From the NCBI GenBank assembly GCA_963695855.1, contig CAVOHZ010000010.1, positions 160,001 through 224,000 of the forward strand: a stretch of 64,000 nt of DNA, read 5' to 3'. The position numbers were made by a program, and so were the translations under genes. Under the pieces are notes generated by a model. The model was not told the origin of the DNA and did not search any database. It saw nothing but the letters and a program-made list of their open reading frames with translations. This DNA comes from an uncultured Nitrososphaerales archaeon. GTDB lineage: Archaea; Thermoproteota; Nitrososphaeria; Nitrososphaerales; Nitrososphaeraceae. Shown in pieces: positions 30,024 through 41,436 of this stretch (positions are counted from its first letter, which is position 1; every line of letters begins with the position of its first letter).

Positions 30024-30404
30024 TTACACCAATCCCAGTTTTGTTGCAAGATCTCGTGCTGAATCTAGATCCTTGAACTTTGCAAAAGCTTTCTTCCCGT
30101 CTATGGTTCTTGCCGTGTTAACCTCTACAATATCTGCTTCATAAAGTTCTTTTAATTCTCGCTTTATAGAAATCTTATCTGCATTTTCATCCACTATAAA
30201 CGTCAATTTTTTTTCTTTTTCAATCAAATTAAATGACTTTTCGGTCATATATGGCGTGATGATAACAGGTTTTTCATGCAGTTCCCTGACACCATTTTCT
30301 GACTCGATAATCTTCTTACCTTTCTTCCTGGTTGCTATCCTTGAAGATTTCAAAGACAGAAGTTTCTTTTTCATTTTTTTACCATCTCCATTAATACATT
30401 GCAA
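30024..30404 (-). CDS. rpl23: 50S ribosomal protein L23
   Basis: PYMTEK, VNT, KKAF, LATKLGL; true start uncertain. Confidence 0.92.
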   Translation of the reverse strand: MQCINGDGKKMKKKLLSLKSSRIATRKKGKKIIESENGVRELHEKPVIITPYMTEKSFNLIEKEKKLTFIVDENADKISIKRELKELYEADIVEVNTARTIDGKKAFAKFKDLDSARDLATKLGLV

Positions 30405-31177
30405 ATTGATTTGATATTTTTTAATTCCTCTATAGCTTTTTCAGAAAATACAGTAAGCCTTATAGGTCGAGACCCCGGAGCTAGATCTAGGACGCTCACA
30501 TTCTTTACAGCCTTTATCGAAATCCCTGGAAGCGAATTATTTAACCGTCCAATCTTCTCTTCATCACTAACTAGAATTAAAGCGGACAATCCGGATCTCC
30601 TGTTGGAAGAGTACTTTCTATTGTTCTTGTTTCTTTTGATATGCGTCCTCATGAGATCTTCTTTTAATCCTATTTTTTCCAGAAACTTTTCTAGATCTTT
30701 AGATTTTAATAATGATTCTATTTCTCCAGAAACTACAATTGGTAAGGAGATGTCATCACCTAATAAATGCCCTCTCTGTTTTACAAGATCTCGATTTGAA
30801 GTCGCTGCAATTGCAGAGCATAACGCTAATTTTTTTTCTTTCTTGTTTATTTTCTTATAGATATTTTTCCAAGAAACAGGCGGATGAGCAACCCTTCCCT
30901 TTCTTACCCCAGCTACACCAGCAGCTTGGCCTGCCCTGGGAAAACCCTCACCTCTTGCCCTAGCGATTCTAGCAATTCCTAAACCGGTATTTCGTGATTC
31001 AGCACTCACCATCTGTCCAGCTCCTGGATATCTTCCCTGGATTTGAAAGGAATGAGAGTTTAAATGATTGTAAACTCTTTGAATTACTCTTGGTTTATAA
31101 GGAGTGGAGAAGACTGATGGAAGTTCAATATTCTCTTTTTCCTTTCCATCCATACCCAAAACTTTAACTGTATTCAT
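30371..31177 (-). CDS. rpl4: 50S ribosomal protein L4
   Basis: SAES..G.GIARI, GRVAHPP, LAPG. Confidence 0.95.
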   Translation of the reverse strand: MNTVKVLGMDGKEKENIELPSVFSTPYKPRVIQRVYNHLNSHSFQIQGRYPGAGQMVSAESRNTGLGIARIARARGEGFPRAGQAAGVAGVRKGRVAHPPVSWKNIYKKINKKEKKLALCSAIAATSNRDLVKQRGHLLGDDISLPIVVSGEIESLLKSKDLEKFLEKIGLKEDLMRTHIKRNKNNRKYSSNRRSGLSALILVSDEEKIGRLNNSLPGISIKAVKNVSVLDLAPGSRPIRLTVFSEKAIEELKNIKSICNVLMEMVKK

Positions 31178-32196
31178 CTAACAATTACCTCCAATACTTT
31201 TGGTTCAATAACCTTCTTTACCGGATTTCTTATGGGTTGTCTCATTTTAACTAATCTCTTCGGAACCCCTGGAACCGACCCTCTAACAACTATATAGTCA
31301 GATTTTACCAAACCAAAATGCTTGAAGCCGCCCTTTGGATTTATCCTAGCTAATGATGAATCTGATGACATTGTTGAACCCGCAACGTCAGTGGAAGAAA
31401 TAATCAATATTCTTTTGTTATATTCTGTTCTTTGGTGAAATCCCATTTGACCCTGTCTTGGTACAGAGTACATAACAACCGCAGGAGAAATGGGCCCCAG
31501 GGTTCCTAATGCCCTGACACTCTTTCTAGACTTGTGCTGTTTTCTTTTGACACCAAAACGAGTAATAGGTCCTTCAATACCTTTTCCTCGAGTAATTCCT
31601 AAAACGTCAATATATTGACCATTTTGAAATACGTCTGAAATTCTAAGCTCCTTACCGAGTATGCTTTTAAGATATTCATATTTGGATTTTACATCTTTAC
31701 CTGATACTCCTACTTCAAAAACAAATGGTTTTTTCTGAGAGAGATTCACTTTTTTTGGAGAAACAGAGACTATGGCAAGGACCGAAGATATTGAATCAAA
31801 AGAAGATTCTATATTTTTAAATAACTCTTCATTGTATTTGGTTTTAAATTTTCTTTCTAATTCTTTTGGTAATTCTTTAGAATAAGCATCAAAAAGTACC
31901 TTTTCACCATAGGCGTCTTTTTTGTAACAACGAATTGCAATAACAGTAATCGGAGGTGTGGCTATAACAGTAGATGAGTTTTCAAGTTGTTTGCCAAAAT
32001 TTGGAGTTTTTTCTTTATCATCTAATGTCATTATTTGAATTTGACCTGCTTTAAAACCAGCAAAACCCAAAAGAGAATTCTTCTCTGTGTGTTGTTCTGG
32101 CCATGTTCTAATTCTTGCTTCAAGACTTTTAGCTCTTACTCTAGGATAAAACGCTAGACTACCACGCCTTGGAGCACTGTACTTTCTATGACCCAT
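31174..32196 (-). CDS. rpl3: 50S ribosomal protein L3
   Basis: HRKYSAPRRGSL, GFKAG, GQMGFHQRTEYNK. Confidence 0.96.
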   Translation of the reverse strand: MGHRKYSAPRRGSLAFYPRVRAKSLEARIRTWPEQHTEKNSLLGFAGFKAGQIQIMTLDDKEKTPNFGKQLENSSTVIATPPITVIAIRCYKKDAYGEKVLFDAYSKELPKELERKFKTKYNEELFKNIESSFDSISSVLAIVSVSPKKVNLSQKKPFVFEVGVSGKDVKSKYEYLKSILGKELRISDVFQNGQYIDVLGITRGKGIEGPITRFGVKRKQHKSRKSVRALGTLGPISPAVVMYSVPRQGQMGFHQRTEYNKRILIISSTDVAGSTMSSDSSLARINPKGGFKHFGLVKSDYIVVRGSVPGVPKRLVKMRQPIRNPVKKVIEPKVLEVIVR

Positions 32197-32341
32197 GGAT
32201 ACAGCAAAAAACCTCCCGATCCCATTAATAAATTTATATCCCGATGTCAGTCAAAAAGAGTATTTAATTTAGATTTCCACCAAGTTCTTAACTAGGTTAT
32301 ATTTTTATTTTAATTAATTAATAGGATTCAGATTTATCATA

Positions 32342-33397
32342 TCATTTTAAAAGATAATTCAGGATGGATAAAGAGCCCAAAACTGCTTCTTCTAATCTTA
32401 CCGTCTCAGTATGTTGATTTGGAAAGAGATTAGAATAAATGCAAGACTTTCTTGTAGCTAATTGTTCAATATTAGGATAAATTTCATCTAAACCTTTAGT
32501 AGGAGAGCCGAAAACAATCAAGAGATTATCATAATGCGTTATTAATTCTTTGAATCTTGCCTCATTATCTTTAAAACGTCCTCCTTTTCTAGAGGTCAAG
32601 AGAATGAATGTATTTTTATCTTCTTGTCTGAAAATGTGATTTAAAGAGGGAACAATTGAAACTTTATAACCCCAATAGATATTTTCCAAATCTTCCTTGA
32701 AAGCTTGTACGGCCTTAATATTTGGGTACTTTCCAATAATCTTTATATCAACTCTCTGTCCAAGAAGATCATTATTGCCATAAAAAGGAATTAAATAATC
32801 TAATCCAATATCAACATACATATCGGTTTGATTATTATTTTTATTGTGCCAAAATTTCACCGTTCTAAAATCATTAGGAAATTCAAATGAGAGATCTGTT
32901 CTTATTCTTTTATTAAATGAATTATTATCCATTTTTCTGTCTATACGTTTTGAGAAATCTTTACGATCCGCTTTATTTACTAGAAACCCGATTCTCAATT
33001 CGCCTTCTTTAATCTGCTCCAGAGGAATTTTTTTCTTATGATGAGGAGACTTTATGGGATCTAATAGTCCAGCAAATTTTAATTCATTGCAAATCGGATA
33101 TAAAGCCTTCCGCAAATACTGAGGCGTATCTAAATATTCTAAAATTAATTTCAAAATGTTAGATTCATCCCCAATTACGTGTATATCATTTTCATGTCTA
33201 TTTTTCTTAAATTTATTTACACTATATTGTCTCAGTTTATTGTCTTTATAGATAAATATTTTTTTTACCCCAAAAATAGAGAACGCCCGTGCAAACCTTG
33301 ATATCTTAATAGTTTTATCTCGTAATGTTTCTTCATCGATAAGCGATGAGCTTGGAATTGCAACATTAATATTTATACATCTATTATGGAAATTCAT
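32342..33397 (-). CDS. SPOUT-class RNA methyltransferase (DUF171 / C9orf114-like)
   Basis: TPQYLRK, AGLL.P, YWGY, FPNQ.TETVRLEEA; typical location upstream of rpl3. Confidence 0.88.
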   Translation of the reverse strand: MNFHNRCININVAIPSSSLIDEETLRDKTIKISRFARAFSIFGVKKIFIYKDNKLRQYSVNKFKKNRHENDIHVIGDESNILKLILEYLDTPQYLRKALYPICNELKFAGLLDPIKSPHHKKKIPLEQIKEGELRIGFLVNKADRKDFSKRIDRKMDNNSFNKRIRTDLSFEFPNDFRTVKFWHNKNNNQTDMYVDIGLDYLIPFYGNNDLLGQRVDIKIIGKYPNIKAVQAFKEDLENIYWGYKVSIVPSLNHIFRQEDKNTFILLTSRKGGRFKDNEARFKELITHYDNLLIVFGSPTKGLDEIYPNIEQLATRKSCIYSNLFPNQHTETVRLEEAVLGSLSILNYLLK

Positions 33398-34056
33398 TCA
33401 TTTACGAGCTTATCTATAAGATCATGCAGAATATTGTTTGTTCCAAACGATACATTTCTCAAGATGCCTTTTCTATCTACGAGAATCACAGAAGGAGTTC
33501 CCTGTAACTTGTATGTTTCAAAAGTCATAGCAGAATATTCTTTATTTCGTAAATAATGTTTAACCCTTTCAAAAAGAATCTTTTTATCCGAATCATGATA
33601 GGAATTGTAATTTTCAATGTTTGCTTCCATAAAATCTATGACATAATTATCAGAGAAATTTCGCTCCATTCTTTTTAGAATATCCATACCCACAGGAAAG
33701 GGAATCTTATATTGTAGTTTGTTACTTTCTATCAATTGTCCATACTGTCTCAAGGCATTCAGAGTGTCGCCAATAACCTCGCCAGAACTCAATAACAATC
33801 TTAGATTGTCAAGAGTATTTTTATCGTAGTCTTCGAAAGCAGTAGCTAATCCTAGAACAATAACGTCGTCTCTAGAATATTTTTTGTATATTTGTATTGA
33901 ACTTGGGAGAGCGTACATAAAACATCCCGGACAATTGACCTGAAATACCTCTACTAGAATTACTTTTCCGATATTTTTGTCGATATTGGTAGATAAACCT
34001 TGAACCCATTCAGAGACATGAATATTTGGAGCCTTTACTCCAATTTGCACAGTCAA
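33394..34056 (-). CDS. Thioredoxin-like (TlpA/redoxin) protein
   Basis: FQVNCPGC, TAFED, LQGTPS..VDRKG. Confidence 0.85.
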   Translation of the reverse strand: MTVQIGVKAPNIHVSEWVQGLSTNIDKNIGKVILVEVFQVNCPGCFMYALPSSIQIYKKYSRDDVIVLGLATAFEDYDKNTLDNLRLLLSSGEVIGDTLNALRQYGQLIESNKLQYKIPFPVGMDILKRMERNFSDNYVIDFMEANIENYNSYHDSDKKILFERVKHYLRNKEYSAMTFETYKLQGTPSVILVDRKGILRNVSFGTNNILHDLIDKLVNE

Positions 34057-34111
34057 TGTAAATCAAATAATTGTATAATAATAATAAAAATGATCGGTTA
34101 AATAAAATTTA

Positions 34112-34861
34112 TTATGGCGATGGTTTATCCTTAGGATTTGTTGGATTTTCTTTAGCTAATTTTGAAAATTTCTCAATCTCTTGATCCGTTACTTTTCTCA
34201 TTATTTTGCTATCTTTTTCTATAATTGACATTTTCACATGAGAAATTCCAACCTTTTCATCGCTTACCATATTGATAGATTCTAAAGCCAATTTTCCGAC
34301 TTCGTCAAGAGATAGATTGTGTTTATAGGCTTTTTCAAGAAACTCGTTTACTTCATCACTTCCTTGTCCAATTGCGATGGCTTCATATCCTATAAAAGTA
34401 CCACTTGGGTCTGTCAGGAATAATTCTCCTCCTACTTCATCAACTCCTGCTATGATCAATGCTACACCATATGGACGAACTCCCGCATATTGCGTCAATT
34501 GTTGAGACATATCTGCGATATTCTTTGCTACTACTTCAACGTCCACCGGTTCATCATATATTAATTTATTACTTTGAGCGAAAAATCTGGCATGATCTAC
34601 TTGAGCCCTTGCATCAGGAATATATCCTGCGGCAGCAACCCCAATATGATCATCAATTTGAAAAATCTTCTGTGTGACGTCAGAAACCTGCAATTTACGA
34701 GTTTTTTCTTCGACTGCCAAGAGAACACCCTCTTTACATTTTATTCCGATAGCTAGTGTTCCTCTTCTGACTGTTTCAATTGCATATTCAACCTGATACA
34801 ATCTCCCATCAGGAGAAAATACCGTTATAGCTCTATCATATCCTGCTGCTGCTGGTAACAA
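34112..34861 (-). CDS. psmA: Proteasome alpha subunit
   Basis: GYDRAITVFSPDGRLYQVEYA signature. Confidence 0.97.
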   Translation of the reverse strand: MLPAAAGYDRAITVFSPDGRLYQVEYAIETVRRGTLAIGIKCKEGVLLAVEEKTRKLQVSDVTQKIFQIDDHIGVAAAGYIPDARAQVDHARFFAQSNKLIYDEPVDVEVVAKNIADMSQQLTQYAGVRPYGVALIIAGVDEVGGELFLTDPSGTFIGYEAIAIGQGSDEVNEFLEKAYKHNLSLDEVGKLALESINMVSDEKVGISHVKMSIIEKDSKIMRKVTDQEIEKFSKLAKENPTNPKDKPSP

Positions 34862-34924
34862 TGCGATATTACTACTTTGTAGTGTTTAATTTAAATTTAC
34901 CTTATTGACCGATTCTAGTCTGTA

Positions 34925-35350
34925 ATGATATCTGATGAGATAATTTATTATGGGCATCCAAATGTCTTGGGATTGCATCCGAGGGCAATAGAGATAACAA
35001 AAGACACTTACCTTACTAAAAGCGGCGACTGTATAATAGGAATTAATTCTAACAAAGGTTGCAGTGATATCGATACAAAGTTAAAAAAATTAATGCAAGA
35101 TGACGAGATAAAAATAAAATTTGAATTCATAGTAGAGGGTTCATCTTTCGAGGTCTTCGGTCGTGGAAATAGAAATCTAACATTAGAAAATAAAAATGAT
35201 ATTGTAATCAGAACAACTAATTTTGTGTGTCCCAGGACGATATCAGTAAGATGCGATAGAGGTTCAAATAATATACCACGAGAGATTATTTCATATTTGC
35301 AAAAAAAAAATACTAAAGGAATTTTAACGATATCCGTAGATGATTACTAA
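34925..35350 (+). CDS. DUF371 family protein
   Basis: GHPNV..H..IEITKD..LT..GDCIIG. Confidence 0.85.
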   Translation: MISDEIIYYGHPNVLGLHPRAIEITKDTYLTKSGDCIIGINSNKGCSDIDTKLKKLMQDDEIKIKFEFIVEGSSFEVFGRGNRNLTLENKNDIVIRTTNFVCPRTISVRCDRGSNNIPREIISYLQKKNTKGILTISVDDY

Positions 35351-35373
35351 AATCTTAAAAAAGGATTTTATTG

Positions 35374-36276
35374 TCAATAATCAGAAGTGGGCAACTGATC
35401 ATTATATTTCTGTCCTGTTAATTTTTCATAAGCAAAAATGTATCTTTGCGAAATCTTATTGATTAGATCACCTGGAAGTATAGGAGGTTCCGGTTTTTTT
35501 CCCTTGATAGCAAATTCATCAACTTGCTTTTTATAACCTATTTGGATTAACCAATCTCTTAACAATTGTTTATCATAGCTATCTTGGGTCCGTCCTTCCT
35601 GATACAGATCTTTTTTCCATAATCTAAATTCATCAGGCCCTACTGAATCTCCAAGAATGATATCTCCACGCTTATTAAATCCAAACTCGAATTTCACATC
35701 AGAAATAATGAAACCTGAATTTTCGATAATTTTATTCATCTGATTGTACAATGAAATTGATTTATCCTTAACGTACTCAAAATCTTTTTCAGAAAGGATA
35801 TTAGAGGAAATAATCTGTTTTTTTGAAATCTCAACATCATGATCATGAGATTTAGTACTTGGATCAAAAATCGGATAAGGTAATTTCGATGCCAATACAG
35901 GATTAAAATTGGGAGGTAGTATGGACCTCGCGTGGTTTGATTTTGTTTTATTGGGATTATTAAACCTCTCAACTATACTTCCATAGAAATATCCTCTTAC
36001 TATGCATTCAATGGGTATCATGGTAAGTTTTTCCACAAGTAATTTGTTTTTATCTATTACACTTATCATATGATTGCTAACATTCAAGTGTTTAAACCAA
36101 AAATCTGTAAATTTACACAAAATATTTCCTTTTTCAGGAATCTCTTGATTCATTATTACATCAAATGCAGAAATTCTGTCTGAAAAAACAAAAATTAATC
36201 TTTCTTTGCTATTAGGGTCTTCAGAGTCTGATCCTTCGTATACATCCTTTACCTTACCCTTATGAATTAATTTCAA
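35374..36276 (-). CDS. purC: SAICAR synthetase
   Basis: GKVKDVY, SDRISAFD, ECIVRGY, DVKFEFG, SYDKQ. Confidence 0.95.
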   Translation of the reverse strand: MKLIHKGKVKDVYEGSDSEDPNSKERLIFVFSDRISAFDVIMNQEIPEKGNILCKFTDFWFKHLNVSNHMISVIDKNKLLVEKLTMIPIECIVRGYFYGSIVERFNNPNKTKSNHARSILPPNFNPVLASKLPYPIFDPSTKSHDHDVEISKKQIISSNILSEKDFEYVKDKSISLYNQMNKIIENSGFIISDVKFEFGFNKRGDIILGDSVGPDEFRLWKKDLYQEGRTQDSYDKQLLRDWLIQIGYKKQVDEFAIKGKKPEPPILPGDLINKISQRYIFAYEKLTGQKYNDQLPTSDY

Positions 36277-36342
36277 TGTACATGATATGATGAGAAAATA
36301 TCTTTTTATAAATATCTATAATCACACATACTATCTATTATA

Positions 36343-37140
36343 ATGGATTCTTCAAGAAACCTGGACCTTAATCAAAACGAGAGAAAAAGTAGAATAAGAT
36401 TAAAGTATTTTTTCGTCTACCAGATTTTCTTAATAGCATATCTAACTGGAGTTCTATGGTTAAGGAGAAATCCTCTCTCCCTAGTTTTTTCTGCTATTAC
36501 ACCATTTTCAATACTATTTGTATTGTTAGTAATTAGTGACGGACAATATTCAAAATATGCGGTTTCTGGAAGTCTAGTCATGGCATTAGTAGGATATGGA
36601 CTTGCATTGGGTCAGGATATCTCATATTACAAGACAGAATACAAAATTCAAGAAGTTTTTGTTGCCTCTCCAGTTTCATCTCTGACATATATGACAGGAC
36701 TTGCGTTATCTGAAATACTTTTTGGACTTCCAGCTCTTGTAATTTTAATATTAATGCTATTTTATTTTGGTCTCTCTATATCTTTTCTTCCTTTGTTGAT
36801 TTTTACGGTCCTAGTAATATGGATATCAACATCTGCGATGGGGTTCTTTTTATCCTCAAGAATGCTGTATATGAAAAATGCAACTCAGATCATATCGTTT
36901 GTAAATGTACTTCTTGCAGTTCTTCCGCCAGTATTCTATTCAATAGAAAAATTGCCTGACTGGCTTCAAACTTTTGCATATATAGTACCCACCACACATG
37001 CATCATTGATGATCCAGTATTCAATGGGTTTAAAAATACCAGAAGAATGGAGCATTTGGACTGGGATTTTTGTTGAGATTGTATATGCAACTGCCTTCAT
37101 ATTTTTAGCAAAAACTAAAGCAATTTGGAGAGACTCATGA
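36343..37140 (+). CDS. ABC-2 type transporter permease
   Basis: Six TM segments; PVFYSIEKLPDWLQ..PTTH. Confidence 0.85.
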   Translation: MDSSRNLDLNQNERKSRIRLKYFFVYQIFLIAYLTGVLWLRRNPLSLVFSAITPFSILFVLLVISDGQYSKYAVSGSLVMALVGYGLALGQDISYYKTEYKIQEVFVASPVSSLTYMTGLALSEILFGLPALVILILMLFYFGLSISFLPLLIFTVLVIWISTSAMGFFLSSRMLYMKNATQIISFVNVLLAVLPPVFYSIEKLPDWLQTFAYIVPTTHASLMIQYSMGLKIPEEWSIWTGIFVEIVYATAFIFLAKTKAIWRDS

Positions 37141-37199
37141 GCTTATAGATTATGTTGTATGATAGCAATTTTGATCTTTTAGGTAAGTGGAGCCGTGAG

Positions 37200-37274
37200 A
37201 GGTCATGGTGGGATTTGGACCCACGACCTAAGGTTTACAAAACCTTCGCTCTAGCCAGGCTGAGCTACATGACC
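37200..37274 (-). tRNA. tRNA-Thr(TGT)
   Basis: GGTCATG/CATGACC acceptor; AAGGT-TTTGTAA-ACCTT anticodon arm; U discriminator. Confidence 0.9.
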
Positions 37275-37359
37275 AGAAATTCTTTCGAATTTTTATAACA
37301 ACTATATTTAAATCTTTAATAATTAAAACGTATTTAAGTAAAAGATTTTAAGATATTAG

Positions 37360-37629
37360 TTGTCAGTGGGAAAAGATTATACAGTTTTAGTCACTATTGA
37401 AAATAAAAAATTTATAAATGATCCTGAAGGAAAGACAATACTCCAAGATCTTATTTTAAAAAGTCAATATCTACAGATTAAATCCGTTAGAACTGCAAAA
37501 GTTTTAAAGTTGACGGTAGACGCAGAAACAGCCAATGAAGCTACTGAAATCGTAAAAAAAATGTGTGACGATCTCAGAATATTCAATCCAATAGTAAGCG
37601 ACTGCAAAGTTTCAATTTCGGATCAATAA
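37360..37629 (+). CDS. purS: FGAM synthase subunit PurS
   Basis: DPEGKTI, VRTAK, NPIV. Confidence 0.92.
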   Translation: MSVGKDYTVLVTIENKKFINDPEGKTILQDLILKSQYLQIKSVRTAKVLKLTVDAETANEATEIVKKMCDDLRIFNPIVSDCKVSISDQ

Positions 37630-37772
37630 AAGTAAAAATAATAAAAAAATAGAATCTTACATCTCAATCAGATTTTATTAAAAATCAACCAAGATAGCAT
37701 TTCAATCTTTTAGATAAGATCTTTAGATTCCTATGTAACATATTTAAAAAATTTTTTTATTTGATAGCACAT

Positions 37773-38183
37773 TCAGTATGAAGAAAGGGCTCCATTTAAG
37801 AGCAAAATTGTTCTCAGATGTTTGGCCAAGTCTGTAACGGTAACTATTCCAACTAATTTACCACCATCTATTATGGGAAGTCTTCTTATCCTATTATTTA
37901 TCATTCTTTGAACAGCTACTTCTATAGATGTATCAGGTGTTGCATAAGTTCTGATTTTTGACATGATGTGCCCTATCTGAACTTCTGATAATTGTAGTTC
38001 TTTAAGACAAATCTTTTTGATAAAATCTCTTTCCGTTACAATACCAACTGGTTGATCTCCAGATAAAACTATTAGAGAACTTACTCCCTTGTCTGTCATT
38101 ATCTTGGCAGCGTCTAACGCAGAACGTTCTTTTGAGATAGTAACAAGATCTTTGCTCATGATATCCTTTACTTGTTCAGCCAC
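37773..38183 (-). CDS. CBS domain pair protein
   Basis: VKDIMS, VGIVTERD, IRRLPI..VGIVT. Confidence 0.9.
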   Translation of the reverse strand: MAEQVKDIMSKDLVTISKERSALDAAKIMTDKGVSSLIVLSGDQPVGIVTERDFIKKICLKELQLSEVQIGHIMSKIRTYATPDTSIEVAVQRMINNRIRRLPIIDGGKLVGIVTVTDLAKHLRTILLLNGALSSY

Positions 38184-38359
38184 AGACAGTCAATGATAGA
38201 ATAGAAGAAAATCCTTATAATTCTATCAATTCCTATCTAAATTAGAGATTCATTCTCATATTTTACAATGTCATCATAAATAGTGCCACAATAGCTCCAA
38301 ATAAAATAGGGATACGCAAAAATATTAATTATTATCGAATAGCTATTTTACACATTCAT

Positions 38360-39043
38360 ATGCTTAAAATTGGCATCGCTGTCTTCCCTGGTAGTAATTG
38401 TGATAAAGATGTTTATCATGTTATTTCAAATATCTTCAAAATAGAGACTGATTTTATTTGGCATGCCAAGGAGAAAATAACAGGTTATGATGCCATAATA
38501 ATCCCAGGCGGTTTTACATATGGAGATAGACTACGAGCTGGAATTATTGCTGCACACAGTCCCATAATTAGAGAAGTAAAAAGACTAGGAAAAGAAGGTA
38601 CTTTGATTCTAGGTATTTGTAATGGATTTCAAATATTGGTAGAATCAGAATTATTACCTGGAGCCCTTATAACGAATGAATCACTCAAATTCGTGTGCAA
38701 GTGGGCAGACATTCAAGTAAAGAATAGTACTACTCCTTTTACTAATGAATTTACGAAGGGACAAGTTTTTAAAATTCCTCTGGCTCATGGGGAGGGCCGT
38801 TATGTTATTTCAGAAGAGAGATTGAAGGAATTGAAAAAGAAGAACCAAATAGTATTCAGTTACCAGCAAGATAATCCTAACGGATCGTTTGAGTCTATAG
38901 CAGGAGTTTGTAATGAGGTTGGAAATATCATGGGAATGATGCCACATCCTGAAAGATCATGTCAGAGAGAGGTAAGAGGATTTGGACTTGGTAACGAGGC
39001 AATGAAAATTTTTGAATCTTTAATAAAATATTTAAAAAAATAA
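38360..39043 (+). CDS. purQ: FGAM synthase glutaminase subunit
   Basis: FPGSNCD, GICNGFQ, AHGEG, MMPHPER. Confidence 0.96.
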   Translation: MLKIGIAVFPGSNCDKDVYHVISNIFKIETDFIWHAKEKITGYDAIIIPGGFTYGDRLRAGIIAAHSPIIREVKRLGKEGTLILGICNGFQILVESELLPGALITNESLKFVCKWADIQVKNSTTPFTNEFTKGQVFKIPLAHGEGRYVISEERLKELKKKNQIVFSYQQDNPNGSFESIAGVCNEVGNIMGMMPHPERSCQREVRGFGLGNEAMKIFESLIKYLKK

Positions 39044-39079
39044 GCTCATAAATGGTAAATTATATGTATTTTATTCTAC

Positions 39080-41322
39080 TTGAATATATTATCAAACTCA
39101 GAATTTAGATACCTTCAAAAAAAATTAGGTAGAAAACCAAACGATCTTGAAAAGGAGATGGTAGGTGCGCAATGGTCCGAACATTGTTCTTATAAATCTT
39201 CTAAAAAATACATCAGGTTACTTCCTAACAAAGGAGAGAGAATTATTGTTGGTCCTGGTTATGACGCAGGTGTAATCGATGTAGGAGACAATCAGGTAAT
39301 TACAATCCATATAGAAAGTCATAACCATCCATCTGCCGTCGAGCCTTATGGAGGAGCTGCCACAGGAGTCGGCGGAGTGATTCGGGACATTATTTCTTTG
39401 GGTACTATGCCGATAGACTCTTTTGAATTCCTTGAGATTTGGTGACATTGATAATGGCCCTAATGTTTTTAAAAGAAATATAGGAAAAAAAAATAATGAT
39501 AAATTTTCTCATTCAAGATGGTTGTTAAAAAATGTTGTTCGTGGAATAGCTGATTACGGAAATTGTATAGGAATACCTACTATTTCTGGGGAGGTAGAGT
39601 TTGATAATTCATTTGAAAATTATTGTTTGGTGGATGTAGCTTCAATCGGTTTTGGAACGAAGGAAAAGATAATTCAAAATAAAGTTGAGGAGAACGATCT
39701 TATTATTTTGGCAGGCGGTTTAACTGGAAGAGATGGAATTCATGGGGCGTCTTTCGCTTCAAAAGAACTAGAAAATGAGGAGGACAAATCTGCAGGTACA
39801 GATTCCAGATCCGTTTCTAGAAAAATTAATTATGGAAGTGACGCGAGAGGCTATTGAAGATAATTTAATCAAGGCAGTAAAAGATCTAGGAGGAGGCGGA
39901 TTATCATGCTGTCTTTCAGAGACATCCAGTAATTTGGAAAAGGGATTCGAAATTGAATTGGAGAATATTCCTACTAAACATCCAGAAATGATTCCGGCTG
40001 AACTAATGATTTCTGAATCACAAGAGAGAATGCTCTTCATCACTAATAATCAAAAGTTAAAGAAATTAGAAAAGATATTTGAAAAATATGAAATCACGTT
40101 TGCAATAATAGGTAAAGTAAAAGGTCACAATGACCTTGTTATATCAAAAGATGGACAACAACTAGCAAAGATGCCTTCTGCTTTGATCGCACATGCACCT
40201 TTATTGAACAGAAGGAGTAGAAAGCCGTCTTATTTAGAAGTAAAAGAAAAGATAAAAAATAAAGTGAGGATCCCTAAAGATCTTGGCTCGGTCCTTTTAA
40301 CTCTACTTTCAAATCCCACGATAGCCTCAAAACAGTGGATATACCAACAATATGACCAAGAAATAGGATTAAGAACAATTTTAAAACCAGGATTTACAGA
40401 TTCTGGAGTTCTAAAATTAAGTGAAGATAAGTTCCTGGCATCGAAACTGGATGGAAATTCGAAGATATGTTACCTTGATCCTTATCATGGAACACTATCA
40501 TGTCTTTCAGAGGCTAAAAGAAATATTATATGTTCTGGTGCAAATCCAATTGGAATAGTTGATCATCTTCAGTTTGGCAATCCAACAAATCCTGAAATAT
40601 TTTGGACATTTAAGAAGAGCATTCAAGCAATAATAAAATTTAGCAAATTTAATAAAATTCCCGTAGTAGGAGGAAAGGTTAGTTTTTATAATGAAACAAA
40701 AAAAGGAGCTATAAAACCATCCCCGGTTATTGGAATGATAGGATTAATAGAAAATAGAAAATATATTACGAAATCCACTCCGGAAGAGGAAGATGTTCTC
40801 TTTATCATAGGAAATACAACTGAAGATATGGGCGGATCAGAATATTATGAATATGTTCATAGAATAACAGGAGGAAAAGTTCCAACTGTGGATCTAAAAA
40901 CAGATTTGTTAAATTCAAAAACAGTTTTAGAAGGAATTAAGAAGGGATTGATTAGCTGTGCACACGATTGCTCTAAAGGTGGTCTTGCCATAGCATTGTC
41001 TGAAATGGCGATTGGAAGTGGACGCACCATTCAAATAGATTTAGATAGTATTCCTAATAGCTGCAAAAGGTTAGATAATATGCTCTTCTCTGAAAACCCT
41101 TCAAGATTTATTATTGGTACCGGAAACCCTGAGAAATTAGAAAATTATCTTGAAAAGATAAAAAATCTTAGATTTTCAAAAATAGGAACATCTGGTGCAT
41201 CAAAGATTAGAACCGAAAAAATCATTTTCAAAAGTAGAAATAAAAAAGTCTTAGATATCCAGATTGTAAAGGCACAGAAAAGTTATCAAAGTATATCGGG
41301 TATAATGGATAAAGGAAAATAA
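39080..41322 (+). CDS. purL: FGAM synthase subunit PurL, split by two +1 insertions (near 39417 and 39795)
   Basis: WSEHCSYKS, ESHNHPS, TGRDGIHGA, DLGGGG, SESQERM across three ORFs; total length 2243 = 3n+2. Confidence 0.9.
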
Positions 41323-41436
41323 ATAATATACCAAAATTGATTTTTCATATTTCAATGTAAAATCATTGAGACTGTGATCCTCAATTATATGGTAGCCTCG
41401 GATTTTTTGTTAAAAACCGATAGTTAAAATATTTTA

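Noticed and set aside
23281-32196. Ribosomal cluster lacks rpl2 and stops after rpl6
   Set aside because: To my knowledge this split organisation is normal for Thaumarchaeota.
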